DNA of 64,000 nt, from contig NC_092673.1 in the NCBI RefSeq assembly GCF_964355755.1, positions 31,927,648 through 31,991,647 on the forward strand, given 5' to 3'. The translations under genes were made by a program, and so were the position numbers. Below the pieces are notes generated by a model. The model was given only the letters and a program-made list of their open reading frames with translations. It searched no databases and was not told the origin of the DNA. This document shows positions 51,390-63,885 of this stretch, in pieces; position 1 is the stretch's first letter; each line of letters starts with the position of its first letter. Origin of the DNA: Antedon mediterranea. Taxonomy: Eukaryota > Animalia > Echinodermata.

Positions 51390-52134
51390 TGATTTTTATA
51401 TAAAAAGGCAAAATGTAAGGGTTACATTTTTGTTAATAACTTGGGATTTAGTGAACAGATTTTAATTTTATTTGTAGATCCAACATTACGTCATTAGAGG
51501 TCACCGACGTCCTTTATCAAAAATGATTTTTTCTCAAATTAACTCTTAATTCAGTTAAAAAAAAAAAACAGATTATGAAAACTGATGTGGAGGACAGAAA
51601 GCTGATTCACTTAAAACATTCACAACATCCACGACATCTATGAGATATCAACATTTATTATATTACATAAATACAGATAAAATAATATGAGCATAGTTTA
51701 TGAATGGGCAAAATTGTACTTGCTAGATTTCTATGAACTGCTGAATAAATGGGTCTGGCCTGCCATAGTGTTACTGTATATAGGCTACTCAACTATATCA
51801 TTATATTTGATGAAGGTATACTTCAGCACAATCTAATTTTAATTTTCAACATTATTACAACTAACAGAATGCCTGGCTGATAAATCAGAAATTAATCGAA
51901 TTATTTGGAAATATTAAAAATTACTGAAACTAATGCGTAAAACATACTTTATACTTGATTATACTTGATGTTGAAACTTAGAAGCCGAAACTTAGAAGCC
52001 GTAGCTTGTGTGTTCCTCAACATGTTTCAATATATTATCTTGTCTACTATAGGGGGAAAACATGTTAGATTGTCTTTTTATGTTGGCTGGTATACACAAA
52101 ATATGCACTTAGTATGCATGTCAAAATATCACAT

Positions 52135-53041
52135 TCATAAGATATTAAAGATAGGCTGCCATGAAGTTGTGTCTCCTCCTTCTTTGCTCATACTTGGCAT
52201 CAACGCGGACCTGGTCAGACCCCAAAACTTGTCAGGCTTCAGCTTTCGCTTGGTTGCACTGAATTTCCACCCCATATGACTTGAGCAGTGTCGACACTGA
52301 ATTATTGTCCATGCATATCTATTAAGAAATGATAACACGGAAAACACAAACCGCAATGATGACGTACACTACTGCAGTAGATTCACTACTGCAGTAGATT
52401 CTGTTGTTAAATTATAGGTAAGTCCTACATATATGTGCTGTATTGTGACTTGATAATTAGTTAAGGTTTAACATCTATACATACCCTGGAAACCAGCTGT
52501 TTTCTTTTGAGGGCCGACCAATCAAGTTGAGATTTTGAGCTCGATAAAGAGTCAATGTTTCATGAATATAGCCACCAGGGTTAACATAAGCTGCCATGGG
52601 ACCATCAAGAGACATACTACAAAATTAAACATAATTAAATTATTTATATTTTACTTTCTGTTTGTGGAGTTTCTGGAGTGGAGTTGTGGCCTGGTGGTTA
52701 CGATGCTTGGCTGCCAATCCAAGGGTCCTGGGTTGAAGTCCTGTCATATGTCAGGATTTTTTTCTAATGACAATTTACAACTCCACTCCCAAAGACTTGT
52801 AATAAGACTTTGTTAATGTAGAGCATCTTGTGTATATGTTTGTCTCGTGAACGGATTGCCACCTTTAAGAAGGATAGTGAATGAATTCGCTTATGGTTAT
52901 CCTTGGCAATTTGCCTAAATAAATAAAAAAAAATAAAAAAATAATCACCTGAAAATATTAATAAAATGTTAAAACTTACCAAAAAACATCAGTCTTGTTT
53001 GCAATCTGGTGACCGCATCTCTTACAACATAGTAATGTACA
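52135..53041 (-). CDS. CRBN: Cereblon, last three coding exons (CULT/thalidomide-binding domain): 52980-53041, 52485-52616, 52135-52318
   Basis: Spliced peptide [104 protein letters not shown]; canonical splice sites and open frame. Confidence 0.93.
52675..52942 (+). mobile_element. tRNA-derived SINE (tRNA-Gly(GCC)-like head) in a CRBN intron
   Basis: tggcctggtgg A box, cttggctgccaatccaag arm, gggttgaagtcc B box, A-rich tail; same family as 46119-46382. Confidence 0.75.
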
Positions 53042-53299
53042 CTGAAAGAAGATAGTACACATGTTATACTACAGTTGACACTACTGCTACTACTTCTGCT
53101 AGACCACAACCTACCTTCTTTAGTAAGTCAAGCTCACAACATTACTAATTGGTTTAAAATAATAAATCAAAATACTTACGGCTAGCGCGCAGCAGACGAT
53201 CTTTTTTTTTTCTGTAGGTACATTAACAACTACTCTTCTGAAAATCATTATAGTACTGCGTCAGGTTGTTCTTGGTTGAATGCCGACATCAAGCACTGG

Positions 53300-53915
53300 T
53301 TTCAAAGAATGGCAATCTTTTTGCCCGCAGCTTCTTTGGTTTTTCTACCTTAGAAGACCGACGTGTTCGACTGTGCAAGGATTTTTTCGTTAAAATCAAA
53401 GACCCCAGTCACAGATTGAATCATTTGTTACCGGAGGCTCCTTCTGCTGCTTATAATCTTAGAAGACTCCGTGAGTTCTGTATCCCTAGAGTTAAAACTA
53501 ACCGTTCAAAAACGTTTATTATTAATCACGGACTATTCCAAAAATGGTAAACATTTAGTGTTCTGTTTCCGCGACCTTCCGTACCATTGTGTGTAAATAT
53601 TATTGAAAATGTTTGAAGTTTTTAACATTTTTTAAATTTGTAACAATTTTTAAAACTTTTACATTTTTATACTGCAGGCCTTTATCAATATTCTGATGTT
53701 TTCAGTTTAACTTGTTTTTTAACATTTTGAATATATATTTATTGTTTTTATATTAAGTGATGTTTAATTGTAATTTTGTTTTAATATTTTGATTGTATGT
53801 TCTACCTTTCTAAATGTCTTTTATATTTTTATATTGCATTTTATTTTTCTGAGTGAAACGCTTTTGTTAAACTTCAATCTTTCGTTTGATTGCAATAAAG
53901 TTCTATTCGTATTCT
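53300..53915 (+). mobile_element. LINE 3' fragment (L2/Crack-like)
   Basis: LEDRRVRLCKDFF..DPSHRLNHLLP..PRVKTNR C-terminal motif, T-rich UTR, aataaagttctattc tail. Confidence 0.75.
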
Positions 53916-54788
53916 CTTTGTAGGCTTCTTTGTATCTTGGGTCTAATCAACTACAGAGTGAGAAACCTTACCAAATTTAAATAACAATTATGTTGGCTGC
54001 AGTGATGAGCTTTCTCAATAATTAGCCACAAAGTAATTATGTAACACATCATTGTAACGCTTGGACCTCATGTAATCATGTCACGTGTTTTGTCCAATTA
54101 GGCTCGACTTTTTAGTTCAATATTTAGGGATACTCAAATACAAATTATCTATAAAAAGGAATAAGGACCACTTCTTTTTCTTCTGTCACGTTGGTACCCC
54201 GACCCTCCCCTGCTGGTGCGTTCCCGTTCTGTACTGAGTTTAAGAGTAGTAAATATTATATTATGCGTAAATGCTCTACATTATCACAATTATTAGGCGT
54301 TTAGTAAGTACATATACTTACTTACAGAACAAAATACTTATTAAAATCTCGAGTTCTTTGTATCTTCAAAATGCGCAATATTATATCACGCCCTCTGTTG
54401 CTCCCTCTTTATTTCCAAGTACAGTATTTCGCTCAGTTAATTCTAGACTTTATTTTAGTTAGATTAAACAATAGGACTTGATTGACAGTTGGCTTTGAGA
54501 AATAAATGACTGAAATGTTTCACACTTTTCGTTAGAAACAAAGACACTGGTGAATAGGCTTGTATTCAATTAGTACTAATTACTGACATGGTTGCCAACT
54601 AAACAACCAACCAATGTCTAATTATAAATACAGGTATAATGAACTCATTTCTAGCAAAAACCAACATAAAGTCAAAATAGAATATAATATTATTAATGAG
54701 CTTTATTTATTCACACAAACTCTATGATGGAACATAATACAATGTATGAATGAATCATTATCAGATTTTAGTTTCAGACTTTGGCTAT

Positions 54789-55923
54789 CTACTTATATTT
54801 TGGTCTCAGTGCCCGACTAAAAATAAAGTTGTCTTTGGCTGCGGGTTCCTGTAAAGCGCCTTTGAGCATGATTACTCATGAAAAGGGCGCTATATAAATG
54901 TCATTTGTTTCTTTCATTGCTGATAATATCTTAATTACTTGATCTAAAGTCAGAGTCTTATTCCCACCACTTCCCCACTTTAAGTAGTAATCAATTGGTA
55001 ATCGTACATGAGAAACATTTAATCTTTTTGCAATACCTAAAGTCAATCCTTTTTGTATTTGAGTTGCATCAACTAAAGCACCAATAACGTACGTCTTAGT
55101 GTCATCAAATGTGCGCATTATGTTTGGAATCTGGCGACAGATAAATAATGTCCTCTTTGGGAAATTTTTCCAGTAAAGATTGTGAACTCATCGTCACCAT
55201 CATCTTATTGTATGCATCCTTTGTTTTTGTACGCACCAATTCTTTATGCGATAGTGAACCCTCTAGGTGGTTAACAAAATGTATGTGAAAAGACTCCTTA
55301 GCTTTCTTATTTTCATGTATTACATACCTCATTTGCATACATAGGCTGATAGCTTCTCTTCGTTGCATATACTGGTCATAGCAAAAATCGAACACAACAT
55401 TCTGACCAAATTTCATTCCTTGAGACAGTTTCCAATTATCAAACTCCAAAATACGTTTAGGATTCAATTTGAGAAACAACGTATTTTCTAATAGTGTTTC
55501 ATACTCCTTACTTTCTTCGGATTCTATTTTTCTTTGTTCCCGTTTTTCAAGACGCTTTTCCTTATCCCTCAGTCGCAAACACTCTCTACGATACATGAAA
55601 GTCATAAACTTTAACCTTTGCTTTTTAGATTTGATAGAAGCAAAATGTTCTAAATCTGCATCACTGATTTGTTGTGGGACTTGTCTGCCTGAAAGCCTCA
55701 TTTCTTCTATTAACTCTTTTGCCTCTTCAAGCCCTCGATCATAAGACGTTTCTTTACTAGATTCATTTGTAATAGAACAGTAATATCTTGATTGATAGAT
55801 AAGTTTGTTTTTAAATTGGCTCACTGATATCCATAACGTACTTGTTTTATTCTTCACTGATACAGGAACGCTGTTTTTACACACTGATGGTAAGCTTCTT
55901 ACCAATTTCAAAAGGTGATACAT
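54789..55923 (-). pseudogene. TRMT10C: Second TRMT10C copy, disrupted
   Basis: Highly similar to 754-1914. A 2-bp deletion at ~55126 (YLSPDS|) shifts the frame; the WKEAMKHVPIRK segment is replaced by a LINE/SINE tail (54853-54900); 11-bp insertion in the acceptor at ~55933-55943. Confidence 0.88.
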
Positions 55924-56752
55924 TTCTATCTGTGAATTTAACGCAAAAATAATTATTGAATAACCATGGTAACCAATCAATGGCAATTCCAACTTTCATT
56001 ATGCACAGACAGTTTAGTCATGAAAAGGGCAATTTCTTAATAAAACTAAGCCTAGGTACACTAAGCTATCGCCCCGTAGAATTTTATGATATAAAATTTT
56101 ATCAAGTATATGCTAAAATTATATACATTTTTGATATGAAAAAACGTCAAAATATTCAAATTTGTTTCTGGAAATAAATATAGGCTATGTATATAACACT
56201 ATAACATGTACTTGATATCATTTTAAATCATACAAGCCTACCGGGCCATACCAGGCGTAGATTAGTATGAACGCTATGTATTCAGGCCTAGGCTAGGCCT
56301 ACTTAGGATGGGCTTACTTCTCAACTAACCTCCTGCTTAACTCTACCACTACTGTCACTCTAGTAGTACTAGTAGGTTAGGCAGGCCTGGTGTCGCGGCC
56401 TGGTCACTACGAGTAGGCCTACTAGCTTCGGCTTATTGTATTTGTAGGGAGTGTGTCGAAAGCGAAGACTTCGAAAGCGAAGACTTCGAAAGCGAAGATC
56501 GAAGACCCTACGAAATGGTAGTGTGCACAAAATTCGACCAAAATCATACAAAATCGTGATAACACCTTGAATTTACAGATTCTAAAAAAATATTTCGATT
56601 TTAATTGTTATGTTATCAAAAAACATGACTTTATCTATGAAAACAAGCTCACGCGTTTTCACCAATGGAGTTAATATGTGATATGGTTTTACGAACAAAC
56701 ACATCGCGCTATTTGCAAGGCGACGGACGCACAAGAAGGACCTTGCACAGAG

Positions 56753-56788
56753 CATAGAGATATTATAGTGAACTATAATATCTCTATG
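56753..56788. mobile_element. 36-bp P-like micro-MITE
   Basis: CATAGAGATATTATAGT-GA-ACTATAATATCTCTATG flanked by the 7-bp direct repeat cacagag. Confidence 0.7.
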
Positions 56789-56824
56789 CACAGAGCATTG
56801 AATTGAATGCAATATTAAATGTCA

Positions 56825-58805
56825 CTTGTTGCGATAACTTTGTAGCACACATCGCCTACAATTTAAAACCATAGCCAATTGTTTATAAGTATAGAAATAA
56901 ACTACATAAAAGTAAATTGTAAAAAGTAAAGGATGGCGGTAGGCTTTTTGAGGCTTATTTTAGAGCCTATATAAAAAGTGTCCGTATTTTGATTTCATAT
57001 GTTGCTATGTGTTTTTTATCTATAATATTTGCCTATTGTTTATTACTGTATCTAAATGTATAAATAAATACAATATATAGATATTCATTTTCCTGTATTG
57101 TATTTAAACTTTTACATTTTCCCATTGTATACTATTGCTGTTTTACTTAATCGGCAGTTTCAAAATGTTTTGTAATGTATTCATAATAGACAAATAATAT
57201 ATCAGTATCAGAATATTTAGTGTGGTTGGTGAAACGACAGTACTATGTAAAGAAAAATTTAAAAAGTAAAATAAATATTTCATTAACCAACGTATAAACC
57301 ACTAACAAAAAAATCCTACCGCAACGTATCGTATTGATGCGCAACGTAAGAAAATATTCATCTATCTATTTTGCATCCCCTCCTGGTGTGTTGAACACGT
57401 CGATTCCCACTTGTGATGACACGCAATAAAGGTTATTTCCTTACGGCGCACTTTGCGTGGATACGTTGTGTCGATCTGAAAACCAATTTCAGCTCTTAAA
57501 ATATTTCCCGGGCCGATGACAGTTCGTCCCAATAGCTTACCGTGAAGTAACGAAACTTTATTTTATATTTTTTTATTGTCAAAATCAAAAATTATACTGT
57601 ATTCAAATTATGATTTGACAAAAGGCTAATAGAAGGAACAATAGGCATCACATTCTGAAGATTTTGCTCGATCGTTAACCCGTTATAATAGTATATAATT
57701 CTCTTAGATTTGTTTGTGTATAGTGTCAATTCTATATTTAAATGGTCATTACACAACCGGTAACCTGTTTTTTTAATTTTGTTAAATTCATGGCAGGGAT
57801 ATGCAAACATTAGAAGCGGGACGTCGACAATCTGTTGAAAATCGGGAGACTGTTGAATAGTCGTCTCATCCACAAGTGAGATAGAAGGTTGGGGGTTAGA
57901 GTGGTTAAGCCCGATAAAAATTCACCATCACTTAATAAAGATGTATAGAGAGTAACTCTTTTTGTATTCACCACAGGCAATGCTTCAGAAGTCAGTTTCT
58001 TTTTTTGTTTACTTTGATGATGAGGACAATTGTGGTTGGCGGAAATGGAACTTCATTAAACATGTCTTTTGACAGTGTCAGTAAACGTAATACCGATATG
58101 AAAAAACACCCGTTTTAATATCGTCACTTATCACATTGCAACCGTAAACAAAATCGACAACTTGTAATTTTGGAGCGAATATTTTTTATTTCAATCTTTG
58201 TTTTGTATGGCTTTTGTCTTTGTTAACGTTGAAATAATGGCGTGGTTCCCACTAGCAACGCAACGCAAGGACATAACGCAACGCAAGTGAATTGACCAAT
58301 CACAAGCGATGGCTTATTCGCTTGTGATTGCTAACTGTCATTGGTTAGTTCCGCCAACCACAATTGTCCTCACCATCAAACGGTAAAAAAAAAGAAACTG
58401 ACTTTTGTTTTCAAGCATTGCCCGTGGTAAATACAAAAAGAGATACTCTCTATAAAGTGATGGTGAATTTTTATCGGGCTTAACCACTCTAACCCCCCAC
58501 CTCCTATCTCACAGGCTTGTGGATGAGATGACTATTCAACAGTCTCTCCCGACTTATTATAGATAATAAACATATATCAACATATTTAAATGCAAAAAAA
58601 AAGGATCTCTAAGTTGTATTCACGCGTATAACTTTTTTAAAAACAAGTGTAAAATCTATGATACGGACACTTTTTATATAGGCTCTAAAATTAGCCTAAA
58701 TAGGCCTATCGCAATCCTTTACTTCTTACAATTTACTTACTGCTGTAGTTTATTTCTATACTTTTCTATACAATTAGCTATGTGACATAAAGTTATCGGA
58801 ACCGT
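56825..58805. mobile_element. ~2-kb fold-back insertion in the left TIR, with a second inverted pair inside
   Basis: 56830-56990 versus 58660-58800 inverted; 57843-58045 versus 58348-58553 inverted. Confidence 0.75.
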
Positions 58806-59209
58806 AGTAATACTGTATTAATTCGCCGTGGCTAAAGATACGGTACCGTATTCTAACTTCTGTTTACTAAAGGTACGGTAAAATTGCATTACGTCATAAC
58901 CAGCCAATGGGGTGCTGGTACGTGTGTGACGTCATCGTATAAGGACTTTGTGGATTTTTTTCATATCGCGAAAACAGTGTGATCAACCGCATTTTCTTGA
59001 TGCTTTATTTATCGCTATTATCGCCGTCGTGTGTGACAAAAACTAAATGTAGCCTACGTCTGTTATTATTATTGAAAAGCCAAAACATGTTGATTTTAAT
59101 TCTAGAATACAGAAAACCGTTTCAAAAGAGGCCTAGGCCTACTTATTACGTACTATAACCTCATTATATGAGTTTAATTGTTTGTGTAGAGAGGGAAAGC
59201 GATGCCAGG

Positions 59210-62200
59210 CGGTGTACATCGTGTTCGGCCGCAAACGGTTTCGGCCGCAATGTTTTGAATGCCCATATAAGGCGTTAAGATTGTTAAGATTGTATATAAC
59301 AAAATAATTTTCATTTTTCTCTATCTGTGATGAATCTAACTGTATCTGAAAAGAAATCATAATATTATATACAATAATACAAATGTAGAGAAAAATCGGT
59401 AAAGCAATGCACCCCTATTTTTTTAATGGAATAAGCCACGGAGATCGCTAATCTAAACAATGCATTTAATATAAACAATGCAAGCAAGCCTGGCGTTCCA
59501 TACTAAATACATGCGGCCGAACACGACGGTGTACATCGTGTTCGGCCGCAAACGGTTTCGGCCGCAATGTTTTGAATGCCCATATAAGGCGCTATGTATG
59601 GAGCGCCAACTATGCATCAACTTCAGTTTGTTCTGCTGGTCTTTTCATTGGGTTATTCCATTCAAAAAATGTGGGTGCATTCTATTCTAACGTGATCGAT
59701 CGAAATTGACCGACATAAAATGTACGGCGTATTATATTACTTTCTGTGATATAAGTATTATTTAGAATGCTGTGGTGTGGATATATATACGTTTATTATT
59801 ATTATAACAATAATTTTAAACGGGCAATAAACTTGTACTTGTGTCTTGTACATTTACTCTTGCAGGCCTAATGTGTTCTAATAAAAACAGAAATGACCAT
59901 TAAATCAGTTAATAATACATTAAGTATTTTAAAACTCTGGTTATTTATATAGGCCTAATTGTATGTCTAATAATATTGTATATTATCAACAATACTTAAA
60001 TAAGCCTATGCCTTCGTAAGAAAATAGGAGGAACAAAATAACATTACAGTATTTCGAAATTCCTTTTTTATAGCGATTTTTGGAAAAATTAATATTTAGT
60101 AAGGCTTGAATTATTTCAGGATTATACAGTTTCACATTAAAACCTACCAACATTGGATTGCGAAAACTCTGAAAAGGCTACTACTGCTATTGTTTTAAAA
60201 CAATGAGGGAGTGTCTTGAATTCCATCTTAGACAATGAAGGTGGTGTAGCATGGTTGTTTTTTATTAACATAACAATGAAATGTGTTACGTTTCGTGTCT
60301 TCAATTTGTTGAAGTGTTATTAACAGCAAAGTTAAATATAAAAATAATGGTGAATTATTTTATGTTTTTAATAATTGGAGGGAAGCTAGCTTGCTTGTTG
60401 TATGTGATTAATGGAGATGTTGATATTAATGTTACATTTTATTATGTTATTTATCCAATATTTACTATTTTTATAAATTGTCACGATTGTTGTAATTCAG
60501 TTTGTTAACTGCAAGAACAATTTAAATAAATAAACCTTGCTTATTATTGTTGTTGCGTCCGTTTTCACATTTCTTTTCTTACGTTATGTTAATATAATAT
60601 GTTCTTTATTGGTTTTATATTTATTTTACTCTGTACAGTATTTGTAAAAATAAATGTTAATAAATTGAGGTATACATTACAAATTATAACTTATAGAAGT
60701 GCATATCCTTAAATTAATCTAATGACAGTACTGTATATAACTTGCATTCCTTTCAGTCTTAAATATAATCGTTGGGGCACATTTTCCGACCGGTACAAAA
60801 ATGAAAACATTTCATTTTCTTATGTCATTATTTATAATTCAATCTTTATATAAGAAAAAAGAGAGCATGATTTTATGTTCAATATCACAAAATACACATT
60901 AAATCTCATTTGATTTATAAATAACATTTTGTTGTACTTAGTTAATAATAAAACGTCAGATATTTAAGGTAAGGTAAGTGATCTAAGTATAACATCGAAA
61001 CTTTGCTGTATAATGTCTAATTTCATAACGTGATTCACTAGTTATTACAAAAGTTAGTAAAAAGACTTAAAAAAAAAAACAGTTGTTTGTTTGATTTCAT
61101 CGTAGTGTTACATGAAAAAGGAAATTTTGTAAATATATAATTTTGTGTGTTTTCGCTTCCATCGTTATTCATTTTGGTTTGATTTATTACAGTTAGGCCT
61201 CTAAAGTTAAAGTTTAAAAGTATAGTCACATACAAAAAGCGCATGATGACACAAGCGCAGTCGGTTACTTGCAAGAAGTTTGGCTAAACAATGACCATTA
61301 TTTATTAATAACGCTTTTAAGTTAGGCGTTTACCGTCACACAATACACACACACAAAATTCGGTACATTATTTAAGGATTCTTTTTTTGTAATCGGTAAA
61401 ACAATAACCGGAGCATGGAGGTCAATGACCGGAGTGCGCGCATCTTTATAAGAGAACCTCATTTTAGGGAATATTACTTATTTCTGAATTGCCATCTGAA
61501 TTGTTAACTACACTTTTACTGATTATCTACGAACCATGAACGATTGTATTTGAATGTCGCGAACCCGTAACGGAACAGCAAGAAGGACCGTTTTGCGAAG
61601 AGTGTCAGAGATGGCAACATCGTCGGTGTGACTCAGGAGTGAAAAGAGGAGCAGCGTACAGGTTAGCCGTCGAAGAGGGTTTTATTGATTGGACATGTAG
61701 AGACTGTGCTCCAGAAAACAACGTCCAACCGGTGCCGCAACTAGAGATTTTTGCAGCCGACCTTGGCGACTTTTTGGAACCAATCGTTCATAGAAGAAGA
61801 GGTACTGAATCTTTACCCTGAACCACAACCAATACAAGAGATGCCTGCTGTTGATGATGACATCGTTACTTATCGGCGATTAGCAGGAACAACAAAACGT
61901 GGGAATGTAAGTTCTTAAAATATTTATAATCTATTCTTTGTAAATTTTTTTTTTATTATCGCATTTTCTTGTGAAAACCAACTTAACCTTCTGTTGTTTC
62001 AGGACTCGCTTGTAGACAGTCATGGGTACCAATATACAGAGAAGATTGATAAAAGACGGGCAAATACAACATGGAGATGTTTTCTCAGAAACAAGAATGT
62101 GACGTGCAAAGCAACAGTGTTGGAGAAGAATGGAGTTGAAACATTGTGGGACGAGTACCGCGAGGGCCAACGTAGTGTACGTTCTCAAATGCTTGCCGCG

Positions 62201-62983
62201 AGTAAACTTATCACTCGCGATGCTCGCGTTGAATAGTGCTAATGTTATGTATGTTAGTTAAATTAGTTAACAAATTAGTAAAAATCGTATGTTAGTAATA
62301 AACATTAAATATAATTTTTAAATATTTGCAAAATACGTTAGTTAAGAACTTTTGTAAAATAACATGTTATTGCTAGAAATAAAGTCAATTTTAATGTATG
62401 TAAAGAAGTAAGATATTAGTAAAAATCGTATGTTAGTAATAAACATTAAAAAAGATATTGTTTCATTGTTACATTTTAAACTATTTGCAAACTATATTAC
62501 TTATTAGTTAAGTAGTTTTGTAATATAACATGTTATTACTAGTAATAAAGTCAATTTTAATGCATGCTAGTGGTTAGGCCTATATATGAAAAAAACAATT
62601 ATAAATATAAATGTTATATTATATGTTTATTTATAAAATATGGTAGTTAAGTTAATTCGTTTGTAAATTCTCAAACTTATAACATGTCTAAATAAAAATA
62701 CAGGAATTGATAATAAATGTGTTAAGATTGTATATAATAAAATAATTTTCATTTTTCTCTATCTGTGATGAATCTAACTGTATCTGAAAAGAAATCGTAA
62801 TATTCTATACAATAATACAAATGTAGAGAAAAATCGGTAAAGCAATGCACCCCTATTTTTTTAATGGAATAAGCGACGGAGATCGCTAATCTAAACAATG
62901 CATTTAATATAAACAATGCAAGCAAGCCTGGCGTTCCATACTAAATACATGCGGCCGAACTCGTTGGCGCCCGAACACGACGG
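59210..62983 (+). mobile_element. Mutator-like (MULE) element 59528-62983 with imperfect TIRs, preceded by a ~320-bp head-to-tail deletion derivative (59210-59527)
   Basis: The left end tcgtgttcggccgcaaacggtttcggccgc occurs at ~59219 and ~59536; the right end (62719-62983) is repeated at 59281-59530; the ends are mutually inverted. Confidence 0.7.
61536..62236 (+). pseudogene. Internally deleted MULE transposase gene: PHD finger, FLYWCH-like finger and C-terminal helix; intron 61907-62002
   Basis: CI/ECREPV..CEECQRWQHRRC..WTCRDC (PHD, with frameshift); TKRGN|DSLVDSHGYQY..TWRC..CKATV (FLYWCH-like), joined directly to LWDEYREGQRS; no DDE core. Confidence 0.7.
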
Positions 62984-63601
62984 TATTCTGCCAGGCTGGG
63001 GCCAGCTACATGTGTGCGCTGATTTCTGTGACTCGTCAGCCCTGGGGCTACTGTCTAAATCATAGTATTTGAGGGCCCCTTTATTGTCCGCATTTGCTTG
63101 TTGTTTATGGTCACCATTGTACAAACAAAGTTTAATAAAAAATATAGGCCTAAATAGGCCATTTGGAATAAAAATAAAACCCTCGTCTGCAGCGCACACA
63201 CATCCACGCAGCCTGGCGCCGCCGATAGGAATTCTACATATATAATACAACAGACACGATATGAAAAAAAATCCCAAGTCCTTATACAATGACGTCACAC
63301 ACGTACCAGCACCCCATTGGCTGAATATGACGTAATGCAATGTTACCGTACCTTTAGTAAACAGAAGTTAGAATACGGTACCGTATCTTTAGCCACGGCG
63401 GTATTAATTATTAATATTGCATTCAATTCAATGCTACAGTTACAGTATGTGCGATGTCCTTCTTGTGCGTCCGTCGCCTTGCAAATAGCGCAATGTGTTT
63501 GTTCGTAAAACCATATCACATATTAACTCCATTGGCGAACGCGCGTAAGCTTGTTCATAGATAAAGTCATGTTTTTTGATAACATAACGATTAAAATCGA
63601 A

Positions 63602-63885
63602 GATGCAGATGACACTACAGCAGCATTTGAAGCCTTCTTTGACGATGAAGATGATTCAGTTTCAGTCATGGGCATAGCTTTCTCAAGTAACAATAATTGG
63701 CTGTACAGCCATTTAACCAAGCCAGTGAGAGAATGATCTGTGTCGTTGTCCCTAACTAACGCTTTTATAGTAAGCTATTCTGTGTTCTTCTGGTAACTTC
63801 TGTTTTATTTGGCTCAGCATGATTTTGCTGTTCAATTCTCCAGATAAACCAATGGAAGTTCCTGGAGATGATATTTGAACATAAA
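63602..63885 (-). mobile_element. Possible decayed BEL/Pao Gag fragment
   Basis: ELNSKIMLSQIKQKLPEEHRIAYYK/ALVRDNDTDHSLTGLVKWL (one frameshift) resembles the Pao Gag 'I..KLP...R..W/Y...L..W' region. Confidence 0.35.

Larger units (their letters stand above)
56448..63601. mobile_element. Outer long-TIR element: left TIR 56594-56818 plus 58817-58968, right TIR ~63256-63601; 15-bp repeats cgaaagcgaagactt at 56457-56508 may mark the true left end
   Basis: The inverted match is visible even in the ORF track (FIDKVMFFDNITIKIE on both strands). The termini themselves are uncertain. Confidence 0.65.

Noticed and set aside
52367-52401. 17-bp tandem duplication cactactgcagtagatt in a CRBN intron
   Set aside because: A small local duplication or transposon footprint with no further support.
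53175-53230. Candidate upstream CRBN exon ending at a gtaag donor (~53179)
   Set aside because: The translation (DRLLRAS) is not convincingly similar to CRBN IQRLRCELD, and no plausible exon body precedes it.
55924-55992. Extended N-terminus MELPLIGYHG.. of TRMT10C copy 2 (and the TTG start at 742)
   Set aside because: Non-ATG starts within intron sequence upstream of a splice acceptor.
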